Below are positions 35,144 through 45,511 of a stretch of 45,511 nucleotides of DNA, piece by piece (position 1 is the first letter of the stretch; each line of letters begins with the position of its first letter). Source of the DNA: Tubiluchus corallicola (lineage: Eukaryota; Animalia; Priapulida). Under the pieces are notes generated by a model. The model was not told the origin of the DNA. It searched no databases and worked only from the letters and a program-made list of their open reading frames with translations. Both the position numbers and the translations under genes were made by a program. The stretch is taken from the NCBI GenBank assembly GCA_030141605.1, contig JAQGDQ010001152.1, positions 13,646 through 59,156 of the forward strand, in the 5' to 3' direction.

Positions 35144-37403
35144 TGGATGAAGCTACAATTTCGACAAGTAACAAAAAGTAAAACATGTGTAAGCGAAAAA
35201 TGGTGAGGAGAAATTAGAAGTGGATGATGCAGGGATGTGATGAGTGAAACAATGAAACAGACAAATAGTGGGTACTCAGGAAGTGGACATACAAAATGAG
35301 GATCAGAGAGAGAAGATTGTGAAAGATCATAATGCTATTAGTGGGTTGCATTGTCATTAATAAGCCCCTTCACAGTGTCGTTGTGCAAAGCATAGTTGCT
35401 GTAGGTCAAAGGTCTTAACAGCGACCGTCACATGACATGTGGGTAAAGTAAAGCTGTCTGCTGATTCAATTGAGTAACTTCAGTTGTTGTACGTGGACTT
35501 TACTTAATTATGCATTATAGTCCGTGCATGGAGTGATTTATTAGCAATATCTTTTTTAGGAACCAGAAAAGCGAACTAGATGAGGTTCTATATAGCTAGC
35601 TATCAAAATTGTTAGTATTACAATAGCTTGGGCTGCGAGGCATTGTCAAGCGTACACAAATACACTGTCTGGTACACTTAACCAACCACTGACCTTTTTA
35701 CGATCATCATCAATTGCTGGAACTGTGAAAAGGCTTATTTTCTGAGTTGAATAAATGTTCTATGGGTTTGTTGAGGTTACTTGAAGTGTTTTGTATTAAA
35801 CAAACTTATTTGATGCCACCGTGCAATTTGGGCACAACAATTATGAATGCATTTTCGAAAGTTAATAAAGAATTAGAAAAAAAACGCGAAATTCGTTTGT
35901 TCATAGCTGACAAAAACTCAGTTCCTGTTACATATATAGTTGACGTGGTGAGGAATGTTAGAACTATGTTACATTTCAAGGGAAGCAATTACGTAATTCA
36001 AATTCAAGCATGCATTTATTTAGATATAAATAAAATGATCCTTAGAGATAAATGCACTTGGGGCATTGCAGCGAGTAGGGAATCCTGTCATAGGGAGGTG
36101 AACAGAATCATGTCCCTGGATGTATGAATCATTGTTTGATGGATGATGATGCGTTTATTTCCATATTCGTGATATAAACGAAACAGGTAAATGTATTTGA
36201 ACATCATTTGCGAAAGACCATAATTTTTAATGAATTGAGACACCCTTCACTAGATGAAAATATTATTGGGATGGTGCTAGGACTATTTTGTATCAGGAAC
36301 AGAATTGAGAATATTATAACAATCTTTACTTAACAACTCGATTGACTCAATTAAATTTGATTGATGATTGATTGAAAATGTCTCTAAACTTTCATAATTT
36401 TTACAAGCAACTTCCTTTTATTGTTTAAGAAGGAATTCACTGGAATGAATGATGAGTCCAATAATTTAGACAGCTAGCCTAGCACGTCGTGTCATAACAG
36501 GTGAAGTCACATTAGTAATTAGCTTGAAGTGAGAAGAGATTCCAACTTTAATTTTTGCAAGTTTGACAGCCAGCTTGCATGTTTAGCAGATGTGGCAGCT
36601 TCGCGAGTTTGGAGGCATGGTGAGTTTGGCACATTTTGCAGTGCAGTGGGATTGGCAGTGTGGCTGGCTTGCCGGCATGATGAGTTTGGAGTGGTGGGGT
36701 GTTGGTAGGCTGGCAACTGCCGACAGCAGTTGGACTGATATTGCGGCATGATGGGTGTACGGTGAATGCTACAATCTTTTCTGTTAAGTGTGTGGTTAGA
36801 TAATTGCATTGAATTGTTAAAAAATGTTTTTATATAGAGAAATGAAGAGCATATGAGAAATGTTAAACAGAATTCTTGTTCTTGTCAAAAATATAATTGC
36901 AAACACCATCATCATCATCATAATTAAAATCATTTGATGCTTATAATATCTATTGTAGGTACTGGGCAGGTAGAACTCCAAAATAAAAAATTGCCCTCAA
37001 AACAGGTACACACAGCAGTAATCCAGCAAAAAACTAGACCCTGCTTGCCAGTACCACTTCCGATCATTAATTGTAAACGACCACTGAGTTAGCTGGGCAA
37101 AGAATGAGAATAACAACATTGTAATCCTTACTTCCAATTACTTTAGCGCCTGACTGTCTAGTGTCTAAAATAATACCCATTATCATTCAGTCTGCATTAA
37201 CTTTCTTTATAATTTCATTTTTACTGTAGTTAATACAAGAAAATTATTAAAAATACATTTTTAATTATTTTGGATAAAATGTAAAAGCTAAATCGGTTCA
37301 GGAGATAACGATTTATTGCAACAATGTTTACCTATTATAACGAAAGATTGAAATTGAAGAGAGTAGATCGGAATCGACAGCTATATTTATAGACTAAGTT
37401 AAC

Positions 37404-40400
37404 ATGTCGGCTTCCAGTGAATTAAATGTTGCTCGAAAGAAATTAAGTGAATTTCTTGGATCTCAAATAAAAATGTATGTACCATAAATCGTTTAGTATA
37501 ATCACTTTTGCCTCAAAAATATTCAAATTACTGAAATTTTCATTCATGTGTGTGTGTGTGTGTGTGCGTGCGTGTGTGTCGGGAGCGGAGTACGTCACTT
37601 CCAGTTGTCAACTAAGTTATGCCAGTGGTTTGTCAGTACCACTTCCGATCACTAATTGTAAACGACCATTATGAGTCGAATGAGCAATATTAAATTTGGC
37701 TTCAAATCCTTTTGAGGTGAAATATACCTGCTTTTTAGGAGATTCCGTGACTTCAGTGTTTGATTAATTGCTGTAGTACTGTTTCATTTCACCACTATTA
37801 TATCATACTGCTGAATAATGCTAGAGTGCTTAACAAACAGTCTGTTGTTCAGTACAGGAGTTAGTTTTGCTGGATTACCGCAAAACAACACCTACGTACT
37901 GTGTGCTGGGATAAGTTAAACACCTGTTTGAGCAAGTTTTTAATACTCCAAACTGATGGGAACTCAGCCAACAAGCATAATTTTTAATAAAATGAAGAAA
38001 CTCACAGAATTTCTAAAAATTGTCAAAATTCTTGATGTAAAGTTAAAAAAGTGAGAGAAATCACAGTGTGTTACTTGGGCTGCCCATGTACGGCACTAGT
38101 TTTCCGCAAATGTAGCGCACGCGTTTTAGCGCAACTGCCCTACATTGACTAGGGCCATACTCGAACCCTACATATATATATATATATGTGTGTGTGTGTG
38201 TATAGCAAGTAGTAATAAAAGCCCTTGTCTCCTCTTTGTTATACAGTCCTCAATCACTGTCTACTGGATACACGATACCATAGAATAACAACATATTTCT
38301 TCTAAAATAGTGAGTGTTTTTATTGACCTCAGTTGTGGTTTTCTCTGTAAGTTTGTCAGGAGGTGTTGTCAAGTAACAGTGGATTTATGAAGTCTCTGAT
38401 TGAGACATTTTTGCTCATTGCCCATGTTATAGCATAAGAAGACAAGATTGAATCATTAAGAATGGATTTGGCAAAACCTTCCTTTAAAACACTTTGTTAC
38501 CAACCTAATCAGTCTCGAGCAACATAGAAATTGCTGCTACAGGAAGTGTAGGCCTAACACATATAGTAACAGGACCTGCTACCAAGTCTGGTGGTATAGA
38601 GTAGTGCCTTTACGAAGTTCAGCTGTATGCCTTTATTGAATACGTCTTCATTGTGGAAGACTTTTCTGACAAAGGTAAGATGCCTTTTAGCAGAAAGGTC
38701 TGTGCAGGGACTGTATCCTACAAAGTCTTAATAGATCGAGTATCAACTACAGTATTTAAAACTTGTTTTGCTACAGATAAACGAGTATATTTGCTGTTTT
38801 GCAGGTATTACTCTTATATGAAACTATGGTTTAGTGGGGAGACAACAAAGGAGGAGTTTGATGTAGCAGCCAGGAATCTCTTGCAACCTGATGGCATTAG
38901 ACTACACAACGATTTTCTGTTGGCCATTTTGAATCGGTGTGATATTCCTAGTGAGCCATCAAATACAGTTTTCACTGGTATGTTTAAATGTAATTTATAG
39001 GTCTGTATAGAACACTACTATATACGTTCATGTATAAATAAGCACATTTTTATAAGGATTTACTGTAATGAAATGTTCAATTCGATAATTCAAAAAACAT
39101 CCTCATTAAGCTCATCACTTGAATTTTTTTAACCGTTTTAATCTAGTGACAGAAGGGCTATGTGAGCTACTGATTTTAATTCAAAGGTTTTGTCCTTAAA
39201 ATATTTAATATTATTAACAGTTTAGCAATGCTGGCCCTGTAATATGGCAAGTAATTGTTATTGCGTTTTGTATTATGAACTCTGAATATTAATTTAACAT
39301 AATCTGCTAATAATCTTTTTAAATCTATTAAATTTTATGTATGTAAAAGTTTCAGCAAAGTTTCATTGTGCAAATATTTTTCTTTTTGCAAAACAATTTT
39401 CTTGTTCATTTGTTAGAGTTTTCCAATAAGTTATGATTTCTTTTTAGTCAGATTTATAAAAGATAATCTTAGTATAAAATGTTGCACTTTAACATGTTTT
39501 GTACATGGCATAAGGGCTATGTGAGCTACTGATTTTAATTCAAAGGTTTTGTCCTTAAAATATTTAATATTAAACTTTTATTTTAGCTAAAGACTCTGTG
39601 ACATTACAAAAAGCTTCAAAAACAAAGTTGATAGTGAAGAAAGAAAAGACAAAGAAAAAGACAAAGGTTTCTCGACCGAATTTTGAGGTATGTGATAAAA
39701 TATATTAAATTTTGTTGGACATTTAAAACATTTGGACATAATTTTAAAACTAAAAGTGTAATGAAAAGGATATGAGTTGTAACTTATTGCAAGAAACATC
39801 AAAGTAAAACTTGACCATTAGTGTAGTATTTATGGTTTTTTCCAGCACCGATTTCTTCCTGTAAATCCTATCTCGTATGCACCTTCTGCGGTTTCAAAAG
39901 AAATTCAAGAAGATGAGACACTGGGCCTATGTTCTCGTGAGTTGACTTTACCAGATATACCAATGCTGCATGGACGCATGTTTCTCATTGCATGGGACAC
40001 TGGATTAGAAGATGTAGAAGATGTTACTGTAAGGTTGATGCAACAAGCTGTGGAGGTACAAATTTCAACTTGTAATGTTTATGCTCTGATTTCAGTTTGG
40101 CCTTTGGCAGTTGTTGATTTTAATGTCAGTTCCAACATCAACATTTTACCCAAAATTTCATCAAATTTATGAATGCACATTTTTATGAGTTCCTTGCTTT
40201 GCTCAAAATAGGAAACATGGCCCTTAAACAAATAACATAAATACTTATTACACTTACGTAGGCAGGCATGCACACACACATACACACACGAATGTATATG
40301 TATTCATAGTTCACTCTTCATTATCCCACTAATCTCAGTCTGATCCTGCATCGATAATTAAAAAGAATGACTACTTAAAGTATGTGCATTTAATGTATGT

Positions 40401-43400
40401 TAAACATACCTGTAACAGCCTGATTACACTGGTAGCACAAAGAAATACACTGGTGCTTTTACGTATAACTAACTTTTTCCTGGAAGTGTGCTCTTGTAAT
40501 ATTTTAAGATAAGGAGAAAAACTATTCTGTTTAGCATAAATATAGTCTGACTGTGATTAGATACTAGAAAGCAATACGTCTCAAATCATTGCAAAGAGCT
40601 AAAGCTTCATTATCATACTACATAGCTATTTCTAATAATAAGTGTTTTTGCTTTGTATCAAATAGGCAGCAAACAAATGTATTTTATAACCTTACCTTCT
40701 TTTTTTCAGCCAGTTACATTTATGTTGTTTCAGATACTGAAATCACTGTATAATGTTTATTAATTTGTTTTTATATGGAAGTCATGCAGTCTGCTTAAAT
40801 GTTACACTAGAAAGTAAACGTAGTGTGTATATAGTACATGTATGCCTAATCCACAGCACACTTAACCGCAGACCACATTTAAAAGTACTTTATGTAAGAA
40901 ACCTACATACCAGATATAAATGCGAATGTGTTACTATGCTTTTTCGCATATTTATGGCAATTAGTCATTTTTGTCGTGTATCAAAATTTTTGAGCTGCTT
41001 TGTTACAACATTTTCTTAATGCTTGTGTTGTGTTCAGCTTTATCACATTTTTGTGTTATCAGTACCAAACTGCATTAATTTTAATAGTTAAGTTTTGCGT
41101 CTATCATTCATACATATACAGTATCGGCAAAAAATATTGTAAATCTATCCATTATTCTTTGTTAAGTGGTTGAGCGATAATTCTCTTATTCAGTGGTCAA
41201 AAGATGCATAATTAAATACTGTATTGTAGATAACTAACATCTTAACTGAATTATCGATATTTGGCAAATAAATGTAACTATATCAAAATGGAATTTGTTG
41301 CCGACCGGCTTCGAACAAAATTGTTCGTTATCGAAGCATCTAAAACAAAGAAATTTACCAGAATTTAGAAACAACATCGAAATATAATTTAGTAGTTAGA
41401 TAACCAAACGATATATGACATAACATTGTATGGATTTAATACATAACACAATTTACCCTACACATTATATATCTTGATTGGTACGAAACTATGTAACACT
41501 CCAAAAAACAAACAAATAAATATGTTACTAGTAACAAAACTGTCAGTATTAGGGAGCTGTTATTTTGTTACAGAATTCCACAAACCACAATGCACTGTTG
41601 GTGTTTTACAAGCTCAAGTGCACTTCAGCAATAAAGAGTGCATGTACTCATCTTTGCTGTTTAACTTAGGCCCAATATGTTTTATGTGTAACGCTTCGAG
41701 TATTGACAGATCATGGTAACCTCTGGTGTCCTTTGGCTAAGATTTTGACGTTGTTCGCTTCAAATGCTGGTTCACCTTGGCACCCATGAGATGTCTGTGT
41801 CATTCTGTGATATTTAGCTAATCTAAATGAAAGATGTCAACTCATATGACTGACATAGAAATCAGATTCACATTTAAAATGGTGCACTAGACTGTATGAA
41901 CTTTGGGACACCAGATTTCAACAGAGGTAGTGTAGGTCTCAACTACACAGTTGTCACCATACAGGCATCTGGTACTAACAGCTTGATACGATATCTAAAT
42001 CCATCATTAATCCTGCCTCTATATGGTATTTTGAAAAAAGGAGGTGGCTTTGTTTGAGTTGTGTCTGCTGGAAGCTCTGGCTGTTGGGAAAAATGTGAAG
42101 TTGCCAGGTTAGATATTGCTTTGTTAAATTCTTGCTTTATAAAACTTTCAAGATATTGATTATTTTGTAAATGATTGGAAATTTTGTCCAGGTCATCTTT
42201 AAAGATGTTCTCACTGCTGGCTATCCTGTGAAGTCGGTGAACCCTGCATGTATGACTGCTTGCTTGTAGCGAGTTGGAGCTATCGCATTGTAATTTAATG
42301 ATAGTCTTGATCTGTTGGTTTTATGTACCATTGCGTTGTAAGCTTGGAGTCCATTCTTAGCATTTTGATATCCAGAAGGGCCAGATCATTGATTACATCA
42401 TATTCATCAAGTGTAAATTTTAGATTTCGGTGCAAGTAATTGATACTCCACAATTTGTTTGTTGTTTCTGACTTTGGTAGAACAGCTAAAATGTCACCGA
42501 TGTAACAATGGTAAAAGCTACGCTTTTCTTGAAGTTTATTTTCGTATGTGGCGATGAAAGCGTTTGCCATTGCTGGTCAAGTTTGGCCCCAATAGCTACA
42601 CCATCAGCCTGAGTGCACATGCTTAGTGGGCTATCAAACAGAACATTTGCCCTAGCCATTTGCCCTATCCATTAATTCAATTAGTTTGTTTATCAAATGG
42701 AGGAACAGCTATATCATCCATCCGTAGACGAGTCATACAATTTTTCCCACAATGATGGCGATAGTCTCCTTCACTGGTATGTTTATGAATAGGGACACCA
42801 CGTCAGAGAAAACAGGTGTATCATTGCCCTGAAGTTCAAGTGCCCGTATAGGATTGAGGATGTGTGTGTTTGTTTTTCGAGTGTGTTTGTTTGTGGAGTG
42901 GAACACAGTTTCAATCAAGTACCAATCAAGATATGTAATCTGTAAGGTAAATTGTTAAATTATTTATATAATGCTATATCATATGTCTTTTGGATATCTA
43001 ACTACTGAATTGTATTTCCATGTTTTTTTGTAAATTCTGGTAAATTTCTTTGTTTTAGGTGCCTTGGTAATGAACAGTTTTGTTCGAAACCGGTGGCAAT
43101 AAATTCCATTTTGTAATAACATTTTGTAGTAACATCTTAACGTATCAGAACATCAGAAGGGGAAATATCTTGTGCAGCTGGAGACCACACGTGGTTAGAT
43201 TTAAGAAAACTAAAACCAACAATAATGTATCAATAGTGAGAACAATTTTATTTGAATTAACCTGCCAAGTTAGTGCTTGGTACACTTTACATCAAGATTG
43301 ACTGAAAGAATAAACCACCATGCACAACTGTAAGGCATTCTACCTCTACCACAGTAGATACATAGGCATCTAAACTATCTGGAGGACAGGAGCACAGTTC

Positions 43401-45073
43401 TTCAAGAAGATTCCTCTTCAGCTGTTACATATGGACAGTAAATGGCGCTGTGTGTGTTAGTATCTATTTTCTTGGTATTTCCTTATGTTTATTACAGTGG
43501 ATTTTGAAAAGTATCATTGAAAAGATGCTTTGTAGAAGAAATGGATACAAGCTTCGGGACGGTTGCTTTAAGTATGCAGTAGGTTGTCAGCCGGTTGATC
43601 CGTACCTTCAAAAAACACACATGGTTTATGACTGTGATACTAATAGGTATGTTGAGGCTTGAACCAAGGACTTGAGCTGCGATAGACTACTGTTCAAATT
43701 TCAAAAGTGTTTATTTACTTTAAAAAATTACCTAATTTTTTACTTAAAAATTACTTAATTTTTTAAGTTGCTGTCTGGAAGCAACAACTGTTCAATTTTT
43801 GGGCGGAATATGTTTTCTAAAAGAAGATTTTTAAATAACAATTACCAGCAAGCTACATGATGCCTTAAGGTCTTGGTTCACTGTGCCGAGATCATTTTTA
43901 TTAGAATTTTCTATGTATTACATGTATTTCCATTGGCAATACAGTTGCTATCTTCAAACATTATTTCACTTATTGTTACATGCTCACTCATAGTGCTAAT
44001 TAGTAGTCTATATACATACTAAGCACACATGGTGTTAAGTAATTTAAAACAGTGATGCTTAGCAAGATAATTTTTCCTTGTGTTAGATACTGTTCCTCAA
44101 AATTTCTTAGAATTATACTTTGCTAGGATACAACTTGAAAATTATTTTGCAACGTATTTCACTCATCTTGGCTTTTCTTATGTCTGATGTTGCTTAACTA
44201 CTGAAGCAAGTATCGAGTGTCATAAAGTAATTACTCCATGATGTTTGTAAGATATTAGCAGGTGACTTGTACTGGTTGGTAACTAGGTAACGGTATATCT
44301 TATTTTCTTAGCAGCAGGCTTATTTATAGAACAAGATCACCATAAGTTTCAGTTATGCACATGCACACCTAATTACATCTGACTGTTCTGCTGCTGCTGC
44401 TAAGTTTTTGAGTATGACACAGTACCTATTTTGAGTATTGAGTACCCTATTTTGAGTATCACATTGAAAAACTATTACCTCGAGCAATGATCATATTGTA
44501 ACTTGATGAATATTAGAGTGTGGAGCAGTTCTGCAAATTTGCTAATGCAGAGAGAAAACTTTTAATTTTTCGATAACATTTTGAGGAAAAATATTTTGTC
44601 ATCAAAGTTTGTGTCTTTCTGCCAGGAAAAGTATCCCTCGGACTATGTCCATCAGCGCACAAAGATTTTCCAGCCCTAATTGTCCCAAAATTATGACCGT
44701 GCTTTTTATTCTGCCGATCTTTACAGTGCCTGTTTCAGAGAGACAGATAAATTGGGTTTCTGAGGCAATTATTCTTAAATAAAGTCATTCTGAAAAACCA
44801 ATACATTGCCTTTTATCCCATTATATTAGACCATAGATCGTTGTTAGTTATGGCATAAGATTCGGTACTATTTTTCTTTAAACATTGTGTGAATAGAAAC
44901 TTGATGTTTTCAGTGAAGTAGCAGAAGTGTCCCAGCAAGCAATGCAAGTTCCAGTTGCCAGGCCTTTGGTTGAAATGGGTGAAGATGAAGCAGCTTTTCA
45001 TCTTTCTTGTGGCAGAAGCTATTCCTCTTCAAATCATCCTATCAATATGTATGACTTGTTGGACACCTTACAG
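37404..45073 (+). CDS. TADA1: Second TADA1 copy, exons 1-6 (last exon expected beyond the window)
   Basis: Exons 37404-37474, 38805-38977, 39587-39687, 39846-40055, 43498-43646 and 44914-45073; frame and splice dinucleotides intact. Confidence 0.93.
41284..43113 (-). mobile_element. Penelope-like element, right-arm copy
   Basis: Mirror of 24441-26263. Confidence 0.88.
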
Positions 45074-45511
45074 GTAGGATGTCAGATTATGGACATTTTT
45101 TGAAGTTCATAACATGACCATCATGACCAAATTTCTGGCTTCATTTCATCAGTAAGAGTTGCTGTTTAGTAGTATTTTTTCCTGTGCCATTTTAACTGTG
45201 CCTTTTTTCCTGTGGCGTTTTCGTACGTTCCCAAATCATGTGTCGTGCTTCAACTATAGTGGTTGATAAACGAGTGAAGCTAGTGCAACCGAGATAATCT
45301 AGTGAGTTATCGCACTAGAATTTGCATGTGAAAGTTGTGGGTTCAAATCCCAATTAGAGGAATTTCTGCCTCGTGCATTTTTACCTCCTTTTTCAGTTCA
45401 CACTGTTGGACAATATACAAAATGCTTCTGTTAGGTTTCACTTGTTTCTACAAAACTAAACTTTTATTAATTTGTACGTTCCTTAAAATTGGTTTGAAAG
45501 TGCTATTGATT

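Larger units (their letters stand above)
34067..45511. repeat. Right arm of giant inverted duplication (runs off the window end)
   Basis: Reverse complement of 22043-33421. Confidence 0.99.

Noticed and set aside
22043-45511. Palindrome as a single giant TIR transposon (Polinton/foldback)
   Set aside because: The arms consist of host gene and mixed old repeats, and the spacer encodes no transposase, integrase or polymerase; outer ends and TSDs are not visible in the window.

Overview
AT-rich eukaryotic (animal-like, probably invertebrate) genomic DNA with spliceosomal introns and many transposon relics; nothing prokaryotic and no CRISPR. The left half holds a 36-bp intronic minisatellite (1-1226), the 5' exons of a minus-strand SAM-domain gene (1292-4051), an intronless SMYD3-like SET/MYND methyltransferase CDS (4776-6134), a Helitron-like element, a hAT-like MITE, and a structurally complete Ty3/Gypsy (Mag-like) LTR retrotransposon (12884-17801) nested in a decayed LINE. 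The right half is one giant near-perfect inverted duplication: arms 22043-33421 and 34067-45511, each at least 11.4 kb, running off the window end, with a 645-bp spacer. It places two copies of the SAGA subunit gene TADA1 head-to-head; the left copy is complete (7 exons, 346 aa) and the right copy has exons 1-6 in the window. The arms differ by a few SNPs, two locally templated insertions/replacements and one scrambled patch. Whether the palindrome is genomic or an assembly artefact cannot be decided from this sequence alone. All calls were made by eye, with no database search.
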